Positions 40,001-54,057 of a stretch of DNA of 64,000 nt are shown piece by piece. The notes below the pieces were generated by a model that saw only the letters and a list, made by a program, of their open reading frames with translations, was not told the origin of the DNA and ran no database searches. Every line of letters begins with the position of its first letter. Within the stretch, counting starts at the first letter, position 1. Origin of the DNA: Chrysomallon squamiferum. Its lineage: Eukaryota > Animalia > Mollusca. The stretch is taken from contig CM022672.1 in assembly GCA_012295275.1 (NCBI GenBank), forward strand, positions 28,892,001 to 28,956,000, in the 5' to 3' direction. Position numbers and translations under genes: made by a program.

Positions 40001-41217
40001 ATAAGTCTATTAATTATACATACATTTCTAATTAAAATGATAGAAACTGCTGAATTTATATTAATGAATATTTAAAGGAAATATCAAAGATTTTGGTATG
40101 TGCTGTTCTGTACAGTGTTTACATTAGCAGACGATATATATTCTTATTAAAATGTGTTTTCATATTTACCAGTGAAAAATAAATATATAAAATTGAAAAA
40201 ATTGTTATATAATAACATTTATGGTTCTACTGTCATTTTGTACAATGCATGTATGGGTTATGTTATTACATGTTATGGTGTGTGTATGTGTGGACATCTT
40301 TTTAAACGATATTATAAAAGTTGATATTTGCTGAGTGTGACTTTATACATACCTATATATATATATATATATTCACATTTTGTAATAAACATCTGTGGTT
40401 ATTATTTGTTATAGCAAATTCCAATTTCATTTTGTTATATTTTTTTCTTCTAAAATTAAACTGTTTATAAAACACATTCTTAAAAGTGAGTAAAAACGAG
40501 AAATAAATAATTAAATAAAAATAAACAAAAATCATCATATAAAATAACAAATCTAAAAATATATAGGAATACTCTTCTAAACCTATTAAAATAATAAAAT
40601 TTAAATAAATCACCTGTCTTTTTATCTCACAAACAGACACACATAATAAGTAACTCTGATTTCTAATTTAAAATCTGGCAAACAGTTGTCAAATAATAAT
40701 TTATATATTTATCCCTGTGTCATTTCTATTTTTGAGGTTATTTATCATTTGAAAAAACCTATATGTAGAATATACCTTTCTATATACATTCAGTATAACC
40801 TTTCTACAGTTGGAATTAGGATATTCAATCTTGAAGTAAAGAAATAAATAATGATAAGCTTCAAGTTAAAATGTAATGTGTATACTCACACTGTTTTACC
40901 AGGAAGAAATGTCTTAAATAACTTTTTTTGTCTAAATGGTCACATGAATATTTTATGTTTTCCCCATAATATATAAAGCTTCTAAAAATATAAATAAATA
41001 TTATGAACACTTTAAACTTTAAACTGTAAACAATATTATGGACTGCACAACATTTTTTATCAAGTTTAATCACTGTAACAAGGTTTTTCTTTTTTTCTTT
41101 TTTTTTCCTGTCTGTCGAGTGTATATGTTGTTTGTTTATGTGTATATGTATGTCTGTATTTTGTGTGTGTGTGCGTGTGTGTGTGTGTATTCTTGCACAT
41201 GTCTGCATGTGTTCCAT

Positions 41218-42988
41218 TTTTATCACTGAAATTCAACAGTGCAACTTGATGACACTCCCAGCATGATGAAATATTCCCCATGTATAACATTCCCAGTCCA
41301 TGAACACTGGACAGGAGTGACCCACCAGGTGGACAGATGTCCCATCAGCAGCATCGCCACCCAGAAAATCCCTGCCACTGAAGGAGTGACCTCACAAGCC
41401 ACCACCAGTCCTGAGTATGTGCACCCCACCCATAGAACTCTGACATGAGCGCATTTATCCTGCAACCATTACCTGAAATTATTGGTGCATCCATTGTACA
41501 GAAATGTCATGCTTACAGAAATCTGAATCACACATGTAAACTCTGGCTCTTACTTGTTGTTAGTGGTATGTGCTCAGTGGAGATGTGCTGAATATTAGTA
41601 AATTATGTTAAATTTGTATGTTGAAAGAAATGGTGAAGTAAATAGTGACTCTCCAACATTAGCTACTAGACTACAATCACTAATTAAAAACTGTAATTAA
41701 ACTACATTTCAATAAAGATAAATGAAATATTAAATGAATAATATGAATAAAGTTTCAAACTATTTTCCTAACAACATACTGACAATAACAGACATCTCCT
41801 GTCACTGTATCACTATTTCTTTCACCACAGATTACTAATAAAACAAGTGAATGCGGAAAAAAATATCTGTGATGACATGGCTGCTCCACAGGAACAGTGA
41901 CTTCATCCCAGAAAGTTTTCTGATCATTTGCTGCTCCTGCTAAGACCATCACACATTAGGAAAATGTGATATTATTCAAAATAAACAAATATAAATTTTC
42001 ATTTTTTTTTTAGAAATGTAATTATAAAGATTTAAAAAAAAAAGGAAATATATGTTATTATGCAAGTTTAATATCAAACGTTAGTAAAAACTTTTATATC
42101 TTTGATGGTCTGTCTGCCCTACAAGAAAAATGACTTCATTCCAGTATCTACTGGTCATTCATTATTCCTGCCCAGACTATTAAAGATGCAAAATGATTAA
42201 ATAACAATAATAATAATAATAATTCTATTAATTCTAAATATTTATTTTGAACATCAGAAGTTAGTTTTATATTAATTTATTAAACATTCATACAGAGAAA
42301 AGCCATGCTCATAATAGACATACACACACATATACAAATACTGGAACAGGTATTAGTAACACATGTTAGTAATTACACACTGACACACATTAGTACTCAC
42401 ACACTCTGTTATATATTAGTACATAAGCAGTATCACACATATATAATATATACACACACCAAGTGCACACATATTCATTGTCACACATCAATACACAGAT
42501 AAACTGACATAAATATTAATATCGCGCACACTAAAAAAACATTAGTACACTAGTACAGATACAGACATTAATACACATACACACACTGACACACACACAT
42601 TCACACTGACATACATATTAGTAAACCATACACAACAACCAGATTGACATGCTGATATCTGAGTTGTCTGTAACCATGACATCTATCTACAATGGGTTCA
42701 TCAATGAGATCACAGAACACAGCAGTCCTGCATCAAAGTTCCAGGAGCAGAAGTGCACAGCCACAGGACTGTATAATGATGACTTGTGGGGTGGGTCCTT
42801 CAGTGACAAGGACTTCTGGGTGATGATACTGGTGATGTGACATCTGCTCACCTGATGGGCCCAACCCACCCAGTGTTCTTGACCTGGGAATGTTGGTTGA
42901 AATATTACATGGAGAATACCTGATCATGTATGCTCAAAGATGATTGAGAAAATGTCATTAAATTACACTGCTGAGTTCCAGTGATAAA
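41218..42988. repeat. Pair of diverged inverted copies of an unclassified ~230-260 bp element (41218-41450 and ~42725-42988)
   Basis: tttatcactgaaattcaacagtg...aacattcccagtccatgaacactgg...cagatgtcccatcagcagcatcgccacccagaa...cactgaagga aligns with the reverse complement of 42725-42988 (tttatcactggaactcagcagtg...aacattcccaggtcaagaacactgg...cagatgtcacatcaccagtatcatcacccagaa...cactgaagga). Confidence 0.75.
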
Positions 42989-43139
42989 CAGATGGAGTGA
43001 TGTGGTGAATGAAATGAATTGAAAAAACACACAACAACAACACAACAACAAAAAAGAAAAAAAGAAGAAAGAAAGATGTTTGAAAAGGAGCTAAAATATA
43101 AAACAAAATACAGTAATACCCCACTCTATGTCATTGTTC

Positions 43140-43720
43140 AACAATGTCTGACAACAATAAACACGGGTATTGCTAGTGTTTTACCACTACAACAAGAGCA
43201 GACATGTTGTCAATGTCTGACAATAAATATGGGTATCCCTAGTGTTTTACCACTACAACAACAACAGACATGTAGTCAATGTCTGACAACAATAAATATG
43301 GGTATTGCCAGTGCTTTACCACCGTAACAACAGGTGACATGTGGCCAATGTCTGACAACAATTAAAAGGTTAATATCTGACAATGATAAATATGGGTATC
43401 ACTAATGCTTTACCTCTACAACAGCAGACATATAGTCAATGTCTGACAATAATAAATATGGGTATTGCTAGTGTTCTACCGCAACAACAGCAGACATGTA
43501 GTCTGAAAACAATATAGCTATTACTAGTGTTTTACCATAATGCAAGAGTAGACATCTAGTCAATGTCTGACAATGATAAATAAGGTTAGTTATCACTAGT
43601 ATTTTACCACTGTAATAACAGCTGACTTGTGACCATTGTCTGATAGTTAATGCCTGTCACTGCAAAAATAGTTGCCATATATCCAAAGCTTGACAACAAT
43701 TATGATGGTTATCCGTAGTC
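43140..43720. repeat. Degenerate minisatellite, ~65-70 bp unit, about 8 copies
   Basis: Repeated caatgtctgacaacaataaatatgggtattgctagtgttttaccactacaacaa.agacatgtagt. Confidence 0.88.
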
Positions 43721-46700
43721 CTTGTCATTATAACAACAAGTCACAAAATCTATTGAAACCTGATGAAAACTTATGGACCTGAAGAAGACACCTAAAGCAT
43801 TCTCCTCTTCATAAAGCCCGAAGTTCAAGCCGGCTCTCAAGAGAGCAGTTTTCAAAAGTCACTTCTTAAATGAAAGTCAATTTCTGCTCCATTTATAGTT
43901 ATGTGACAATATACTGCAATAAAGTATTATTCATTAACAGTCCAGTTTTTTTCTGTATTCTTATTTCATTCTCACTGTAAAGTGAATTGAGCCTGCTCTC
44001 TGGGGGAAAAGGCACATACTGTTGTTAATGCTGAAGAAATGTTCAACAGTTTCATTTTTGACCATATGAATGGTTTTGTGTAAATGAATAAAAGGCTGAA
44101 ATAACATAGAGTGGGGTATTATTACTGTAAGCTTGACACTTTAAACAGGTTATGCATTTTGCTTGCCACTACTAAATAGGTGACATGTCCAAAATTTGAC
44201 AGTTAATAAATGGGTTATTCTACTGTTCAACGCTACAAGAACAGGTAACATACTGGATAAAAATGAATAAATATGAAGATATCTCAATATTTTACAAATC
44301 TACCATACAAAAATGAAGATGCCTTCATTTATTCTAGAAATCTGCCATATAAATATGAAGTTTCTGTTAAATATTTAATAAATATCTATTTATTGATCTT
44401 TTTTCCTATCTTCTTTTTTCTTTTTTTTTGTTTGTGTTTTTTTCCAATTTCTTTTTTTGTTCTTTTTTATTTTTTTTATGTTTTTTTTGTTATTTTTTTT
44501 GTTGTTGCACTTTTTTATTTTTTTTGTTTTTTTATTTTTGTACATTTTTCGATTATTTTTTTATTTTTTTTTTTATTTTGTTAGTTTTTTTCATTGTTGT
44601 TGTTGCTCTTTCTTATTTTTAGTTTTTGAAATTTTTATTTCTTTTTGTACTTTCTTCTTTTTGCTCCATGAACAACTCAGCAGCAAATCTTTTATCCCCT
44701 GTAAACATATCACAGTCTTACATAAAGCTGCTACAGCAGAGTGTACTGGCTGAATTAAAGAAACCTGTTGGCTTACAGAGGAATTCTATCTTGGTTTGCC
44801 ATATTTTATGTCTGTACTCTAACCAACAAGCTATATCCCAAGCCTTAAATTATTTTTTGTAAAAAAAAAAGATATCAAAAAGAAAAAAATATTGACACAG
44901 ATGAGTTTATATTATTATTTAGGGATTTTAAACAAACTACTTCAAACTATGTTCTGAGAAAACAATAGGGGCCCTTTACTGAGATCCCAGGACACAGAAT
45001 TAAAGTAGACAAGAAAATATAAGATACTAAATAAAATTAATAAATAAAATAATTATGAAATAGCTTATAAAAATAAAAAAAATATTAATGTAATGAAAAA
45101 AAATTAAATAAAATAAAATTCAAAATATTTTTAAAATAAAATTAAAAAATCATCATCACTATTCAGTGACATTATGCACAAGAAATAATTATGCATATAA
45201 TTCTAAAGTTCTCCAGAGTATTATTATTTCTGAGCTAAAAGTGAAGTGTCTTATTTCTTTAAATATGTCATTCATTTTGATGATTTAAAAACAATTTAAT
45301 TTAACTAACTGAAATTAACAACTGACCATTTAAAGAGTCCTTTCTAAAATAGTCAAAACAAAAGTTATCTCCTACAGCAAACCTATACAAGTTTGTATGT
45401 AAGGTGTCTTGTTTCTATGACCAAGTATAAATCCCATGAAAAGTTCATTTTTATCATTATAAAAAAAATGAAAACAAAAAAATCTTTAATATCACCCTCT
45501 ACTGAAGTGGGTTATCATTATCTAGCAATAACTTATAATAAATAAACCTGTACAAGATACTATGTTGCAATTCAGTGCATAATAGTATAACACAGGTTAA
45601 AGCTATGACCATCTATATATAATAATTGAAAAAAAAAATGTCAGGATATTTAAATTAAAAACATTCCTGAAGAATTAGATCAGACAGATAAAAAGAATAT
45701 GAGGATTAAATAAAAATATTACGTCTTGTAATACAGGTTACTAAGCTAAATGTCAAATGATCTACTAGCCACTTACTTGTCAGACTGATAACTGGAAATT
45801 AAAAAACAGTGCGAGCATACACAAAGAACAGACAGGTGATTCAAAGTTACAATTAAAAGAGAGATGTAAAAAATATAGAAATTTAAAATTTAAAATTTAA
45901 AATGAAATTAAAATTAAAAACACAAAATGATATTAAAAATAAAAAATCTCTTTTTAGAAGAAATTAAAAATCATGAACAGAATGATCACCATAACTCCAA
46001 ATATTTCTAAAAGGTAAATCAAGTATGATTCTGAGGTCACACAAAGTATTAAACAAAAAGTGAAACTGCTACTCATAACTGTAATGTATCATTTCTAATA
46101 TAATACAGCATAAATTACTGTTCTAACAAAAATATATTTGTTCACTCACAGAGACTGTAAAGAACTGTATAAATGATTCTCAAGTGACTGAAGTTTTGAA
46201 AATGTCTTTCATCTTCCACATTTCCTTTCTTGCATTTCATTTCTTAATGTGTTTTTTGTTGATGACTTTCAAATTGTCTTCAGTTCACAAAATAACTAGA
46301 AAAAGAAGAAATGCTTATTGTAAATATAACTGATTATAAAACAAATTACAACAAATATTTATAAAATTAAAACATAAATTAATAAATTAATATATTTCAT
46401 TATTCTTTTACATAGAAAAGCATAAGACACAATAAGTTTAAAAATAATTTAATCACCCAGTACAAATCTTTTTCTAAGAATTATTGGATTTATTCATTTA
46501 CCCAGTAATAACTGATTTTGATTTTTACTCTTATATTTTATAATAACATTTACCATATCATTATCATCTAGTTGAAAAGATAATTTTCATTTTAAAACAG
46601 TAAAATATAGAACTTATATATTGTTTTATGACTTACTCATGTGAGTTTGTGTAGTATTAAAATTCCATTTCCAGTTAATACTAAACACAGATGCTTTCAT

Positions 46701-49700
46701 CAGTCATCTCCTCATTTTGTGACTCTCAGCAAGAGATTATTCATTTCAGTACAGAGGCTAAAAATACAAAGACAACAATTAGTTATAAAATATGTTTTTT
46801 TAAGTATTTTTGTAAAATTTAAATCACAGTGCTAAAACAAGATAGTAATTGTTATACTAAAAATAATTTGGATGATTAACTGATATTTTAGGATATGATA
46901 TCATTCATTAGTAAATTTATCTATGCTCAGTAATTACTTAGTTAATAAGCAATTCATATTAAAATACCAAAAATCAAAATGGCCAATTACTTAAAATCTA
47001 GACAATATTTTAAAATTCAAACAGCTGCCCATCTTGTAATATTAAGAACAAATATTAATACTAGAAAGGAAGAGGTCTAAAATATTATTATAATATACTA
47101 AACTATCTTTCTGCAATAAATTATGAAGAATTAAATATGAAAAATCTTAGGAATTCCTGTTGACAAAAAAAGAAAATATGGTTATTAGCAAAGTACAAAA
47201 TTGAATTAATTGTAATTAAAGGCAAAGTACATTTACCTACATTTGCTATTAATGTTTCTAGTTTTCAACTGTTAGTACTTTTTTGTACATACTTTTTTTA
47301 AACTGTCTTGTCAGTTCAACAGTCTTTTTTAAAATAAACAACGACACCAGGTGACAAACAACTCACCCACTAATTACTAAATCCAGGGCTGTATACATGT
47401 TTACATGTTTACCATCCAATCAAAAGGTCAGGGCAGTGACATTAGTTCAGCTTCATCCTGTAGATTAATTATTAAAAAAAATCTTTTGTTGCTGTTGTTG
47501 TTGATTCCTCTATTCTAATTTCATTTCATATTTCTGAATAAAAAAATTATTTCTGCTGACAAACATTTTATCCACTTATCCACTTATCCACTTGATGTTA
47601 ACAAAATCAGATAAATTACACTAAAAATTTCAAAATAAAGTGTTTGTTTACACCTTTTGAAAATTAGCCAAGCTAGGACCTTTTTAATGTTGCCAAAAGT
47701 GGAATTTCTTAGAATCATTAAATGAGGCAAAATTTCATCCTGACAATCATGTCGCAAATCTTTTCAATGACTTCTGAAATGTTTTAGAACGGCTTATACA
47801 TATATACACAGAAAACAAATATGAGCCAAGAAATATTCATTATGAAAAAAATTCAGTGGCCTAAATTTGTTTTTGGTAGCCAAAACAAAACATATTCATA
47901 TTTCAAATGTTAAGTGAAGGAAAACGTGTACTTGATCACAAACATTTGAAACACGATTTAAAAATATGATTCGAAAAGTCACTTATGCAAATATACCAAC
48001 ATATGTGATATTGAAATTCTTCTTTGTCGAACGCTATTTAACCAGTCGAACGCTTTTTAACCAGTCAAACAAACAAATCAATTCAAGGAGAAAAACCCAG
48101 AAACCGAACGCCACGAAGCAGACGACAAAAGCTAAGACGGCATTCGGGAAGGTTCGGATTTGTCCACATATTCAGCTAGACTCACTGTTTTGTTTATCAA
48201 GACTACAGTTAACTACATAAATATCTGCGATAAAAGTATTAAAAGTGGTTCTTATGTTATAACTTAGAGACAGAGAGAAAAAGGTTGCCTAAATAATATT
48301 TTTTTGGTTACATTTGTAGACCTGGCTACTGGTCATTTCGAGCCCTGAATACATACATACATACATACGTACGTATATACGTACATATAACATACAAACA
48401 TTATTGTCAAATTAAAATTGACTTAGACCTAGATAATTTTTTTCAGATTTGTTTGGCCATTTCATTGTTTACACATATATAATCTTTTCCATTTTCATTG
48501 TAGGAGTTTATTATTTTCATCTAATACATTGGCATGATTAACATGTTTTACTAATGGTTCAATGCATTGCTTCTGGTGTGTTGAAACAAAGAGTTCTATG
48601 TTTCCTGATGAATTAGCAAATCATTGCAAAATAAAGCTTTATGGTTGGAAGGCTGCCGTCACATGGTCGCCTGCAACGTAATGTCACTTATTTTTATCAT
48701 TATTAGTATAATGACACAAACTGCCGCTGCTTTTTCTTTATAATGTATAGGTATTGGCCATAACTGAAAATTAAGTTCCCTACAGCATTGTTATGATTAA
48801 TGTTGTTAAGTATTGACTTCCTTTAATGAAATATTAATAATGAAATTTTTACAAAAATGACAAGTTGAAACATTATGATACTATCCTCAAACAAAGTGCA
48901 ATGGTACATAATTTTCTTGTACTTTTATTTATTTATTTTTTATTTTTATTTTTATTTTTATAAAAGAATAATTGGAAAATAAATTGCTATGAAACATTAA
49001 GAACAGGAAAAAGTTTCTTTTTTATTTTGTTTTTCTTTTTTCTCATGATTTAAGTGAAATAATGAATATATTAGGTTTCACTAATGCAATAAAACTTTGT
49101 TGCGTGAGCGCTCCAAGGGAAACAACTCTTGGCATCTTGGCATCTACATAAGCAGCGCTCTGCCATGTGTAAAGCTGCCACAACCGAGGAAACACGTTTT
49201 TGGTATTTTTTAAACAAACAGGAAATCCCTATCGATATATTGAACTATGCAAACTTTTCAAGTGTGGAGGCCATTTATTATTATTAATGTCTTCAAGACG
49301 GCAGCCTACACCAAACAGAACAGGCTGGAACCACAGATGAGAGAGGTTAACTGAAATGTGTCACATGTTAGCCTGTCATTACACATGCACACACCGACAT
49401 ACACCACATGAGTACGTGAGCATCATTTAATAATAATAATAGAAATAGTGAAGTCGAATTAAGTAATTTGTTAGATAACAAAAAAACTGAATAATATATT
49501 TACACTCCATTTTTTGGAATATTAGAAAACGATACATTAATGGATTTAAACCTCATTGTTAACAGGCTTTTTATTTATTTATTTATTTAACTCATGTGCA
49601 GTTATATATGCAAACACCTTGTGGTGACATATATTTGTTGTATTTGTATTTATTTGTTCACGATAAATAATTTTATGTAACTGTATTTTGAGAGGTAATT

Positions 49701-49826
49701 AGAATAATAAATCTGATTAAATGAAATCTTTACGTAATGTATATATTAATACGTTTTGCATTACATAATTATTTACTGTTGCTTTTATTTATAAACAAAG
49801 CACTAGTGTATGTGTGTGTGTGTGCA

Positions 49827-51030
49827 TGAACAGTATGAACATTATGTGCTGTCATCGAACAGTATCCTGTCAATGAACATTATGAATATCACACTGTCAC
49901 CGAACATTATGAACATGACGTACTGACACCGAACAGTACGAACATCACCTACTGTCAACAAATATTGTGAACGTTACGTCTGTCATCGAACAGTTTGAAC
50001 ATTACGTTTATCACATTGTCAACGAACATGAACATCACGTACTGCCACCGAACGTAATGAACATCTCATAACATTACCAAATATTATGAAAATCACGTAC
50101 AGTCACAGAACATTATTAACATCACGTACCGTTACCTAATATTATGAACATCACGTACTGTCACCGAACATTATTAACATCACGTAACGTTACCGAATAC
50201 AGGGTGTCCCAAAAGTAACCGAACCGCAAATTTAAATAAAATAACTAATTTAATTCCATCTTTTATGTCATTTTATGTTATCTTTTGTACTATTCGTTTA
50301 TTTCTGTCAGTAGTAGTCTTACTCTTTAAAATGCAGTGAACAACTTTAGATTTAAACGAACGTATCTTCGTTATTAAGAATTACTATGCAATGACTAGCT
50401 ACAAGCATGTTGAAGAAAGATGGGAAATAAACTTTTTAGAACACCTGTACCGAGTAAATCGACAATGTTCAATCTTGTATCCAAATTTGAAGTAACTGGA
50501 AGTGTGTCAAATTCTCCTAAAAAAGGTCGTCCAAAAACAGTTCGTTCACCTGAAATGAAGGATTTAGTGGCAGCTGCATTTGTTAATTTTCCTTAAAAAA
50601 TCTATCCGCCAGGCATCGAAAGAGCTGTACATAAGTTTGCGGTTCGGTTACTTTTGGGACATCCTGTATTATGAACATCACGTACAGTCACCGAACATTA
50701 TTAACATCACGTACCGTTACCGAATATTATGAAAATTATGTACTGTCACCGAACAGTACAAATATCACGTACTGTCAACGAACAGTATGAATATCACGTA
50801 CTGTCAACGACGGAATGAATACAACGTACTGTCACCGAACAGTATGAACATCATGTACCGGCAACGACATTATGAATATCACGTACTGTCAATGACAGTA
50901 TGAATATCACGTACTCTCACCGAACATTATTTATATCACGTACTGTCAACGAACAGTATGAATATCACGTACTGTCATCGAAGAGTATGAACGTTATGTA
51001 CAGTTAACAAACAGAATGAACATTGACGTA
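49827..51030. repeat. 29-bp minisatellite interrupted by a DNA transposon
   Basis: Consensus actgtcaccgaacagtatgaacatcacgt, repeated on both sides of 50200-50666. Confidence 0.92.
50200..50666 (+). mobile_element. Non-autonomous, internally deleted Tc1/mariner-superfamily DNA transposon (467 bp)
   Basis: TIRs cagggtgtcccaaaagtaaccgaaccgcaaa and tttgcggttcggttacttttgggacatcctg (31 bp, one mismatch). TA target duplication at 50198-50199 and 50667-50668. Internal frameshifted transposase N-terminus LNERIFVIKNYY...PSKSTMFNLVSKFEVTGSVSNSPKKGRPKTVRSPE...KSIRQASKEL (HTH plus GRPK motif, DUF4817-like). No DDD/E domain. Confidence 0.93.
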
Positions 51031-51696
51031 TTTTCGGAAAGCAGTATTAACATCCACATGCTGTGAGCACGTGTTGTCTTCCCATTTAGTGCCATGTCGG
51101 AACAAATCAGCCCCATGTGTCTGTGATTGACACACAATGTCAAAAATTCTGTGTTGGTCAACTTAATTACAGCCACATAGAAAATGCTTAAGCAAAACAC
51201 AGAAAAGTGCTTGTTTATTACTCTGCATTATAGTCTCCAAATGAATATTTCTGCCTCATACATGTAGAATCTGATGGAAGATGAAGAAGACGTCTAGAAT
51301 GACTGTATACCCTGCCGAGTATTTTTCAGTATAAATGATCTATTTCTTTTTATATTTTATTTCTTCTTTCTTTCTTTCTTTCTTTCTTTCTTTATTTGTT
51401 CTTTCTCTTCTTTCTTTCTTTCTTTCTTTTTTTTTCTTCTTTCTTCTTTTTCAGAAATAACAATTATATGAAATACCGTTATTACAGAATTCTCTATTCT
51501 GGAATATCTTGTAAATATTTGGATATAAATAAACCACTACAGGACAAAGAGAACACCCAAAAGAAGGATAATTAATATATATAAAAAGAAACAATAATAA
51601 TAATAATAATAATACGAACTAAAATGTATTCAGCCTCATCGGTATATGTCATAAATTCTTTATTAGTCTACATACACATGAATCATTTATATGTAT

Positions 51697-51739
<43 letters not shown>

Positions 51740-54026
51740 ATTTATATATTATTTTAATTAAGTTAAAGGAAAACAAAAACAAATAGAAATGTACAATAAA
51801 TAATGTTTGTGAAAGTTGCTCAGTATACTGATGTTCATATAAAAAAAAAAGAATAAAAAAAAGACAGTAGATATATTATTTTCCAGCATTTAAAAAATAA
51901 AATTAATAATAATAAAAATAAAAGTATACTTTTATTCTTAACTGCAAACCGACTGAAAACGATTTGTCAGACAAAACTGGCGGACATCTGCTCTGCACGT
52001 GCATATCGACTTCAGTATGATAATGCACGCGTATTGTTACATAACAGACGATTAACTTCAATCCGATTATGTCAAATAAATTCAGTAATAACCAATTATC
52101 TCGCTTAGTGCGGTTTCTTTTACGAAGAGGAATTAAACCAATTTGAATCGTCAAGTCTCATGAAAACATTATCCAAAATAATTAGAATAAATTGATGGAG
52201 TGAAGGAGTCAGGTATGAGCCAATATGAAGTCTACCACTATTTAGTTTTAAATATTGTTTCCTCTTATTTATTTGTTTATTTGTTTGTTTGTTTGCACGT
52301 TTATTTGTTTGTTTGTTTGTTTATTTATTTGCTTGTTTGTTTATTTATTGGATTGATAAGCACCTTTGTTGTTGCTGCTTTATTTTTAATCTTAATATCA
52401 ATTCAGATTTTTTTCTTTCTTTCTTTTTTTGTTTCTCTTTGTTGTACGTTTATGTATACAAAACAAATTCATGCTGTTAAAGAACATTCCGCTGCAGACA
52501 TCACTCAAACATTAACAAAATGTTTATAAAACTACTGAAAAGGAACAGCGTCACTAACATTTTAGATATAATTAAGACAAATTATTCTCCATGAAGGTAT
52601 CAGAAATTATAATTCAACGAATATTATTAAAGACAAGGATTATACGTCATGGCTTCCTAATAAAGGAGAAAAAGATTTGTGTTGGCTGTGCGTAGTGAAA
52701 CAGCTGTTTGTCTGTGTTTGATAAATGTCATAAAACAGCACATGCTGGACCACTATATCGAGTCCACATTGGCAAGTGAACTTAAAGACCTCTACAACTA
52801 CCTGCAGCCAAGCCCATTTGTTCACACGTGTTCTTAAACAGACACAAAAAGTACTACAGAATTTTTTCTTTTCTTGTTTGATTGGCGTTCATGTTAAACT
52901 TTTATAATCTACTATTGTATGTTAAAGATGAAAACATTCTCTGTTTTGCCCTGAACTACAAAGATGTCACGGATTTTAATGAATGTAAGTTAATCTGTTA
53001 GCAATAAAGTTTTTTTTTTTTTTTTTAATTTATTGTAAAAATATTTTCTAATGACGTAACTCTTCATGTGTGTGTGTGTATGTGTGTGTCTGTGTCTGTG
53101 TGTGCGTGTGTGTGTTGCTACTGAAGATCTAGGATGAGCTGAGATGGAATATTAATTTAACACTGAAGCCAAAAATAAATGCCTGTGAAATAAATAAATT
53201 GTAATAGCTCAGCGGTTCAAATATGTTTTTATTATTATATAAACAGATCATTTTCGCTTGATTTCCATTTGAGAGTAGTCAGATTTATTAACTGATTATC
53301 AATACAATCGTTATATCTAAAAATAAAAAAAAATAAAAAATTATGACATTCGTTTCAAAAAGTATATTATCATAATGACGCTTCCCTTCTTTTTCTGAAA
53401 CTCTGGATCTTTTGTAAGATTCTATTATAAATTTAGAAATATTACAGTTTCACACACGACCAGAAACGGTGGTGGCGGTAGTTTTATAAGGTCGCATAAA
53501 CGAAAGCTTGTTGAAGAGATAATAGTTTGCTCTAAGATTAAAATGGACAAAGGTTAAAGACTGCGAGTCGACAAATAAAGTGCACCAAACAGTCGTCTGC
53601 TGTGAACAGATGATACCGCGCTATCAATGAATTCGTAGACACCGGAAGCCGGTGAAAACACGCCACAATCTGGCCGCCTGAAGGTGTGTAATCTGAACAG
53701 TGTACTTAATTCAGACACTGAATGAATTTTGCTGTTTGTCTGTTTAATTGCAATTTTGATGCTTGTAATGTTTTTCGATTTGTACTTACTTGCCTGAAAA
53801 TCTCTAATTTCTGTTCAGTTTATATATTTTATTACCTTTTATTTTAATTACTTGTTTACAGCATTATTGTTTTATATTTTCTTTTAAATTTAAATTATTT
53901 GTTTTAAATTATATATATATTTCTTCTTCTTCTTCTTCTTTTTAAATTTTCTAAATTTAATTTTTATTTCTTCAGTTTTTCTGTTTTAGAACTGTTAAAA
54001 TGTCTAATAAAGTGATGCAGAAACAG

Positions 54027-54057
<31 letters not shown>

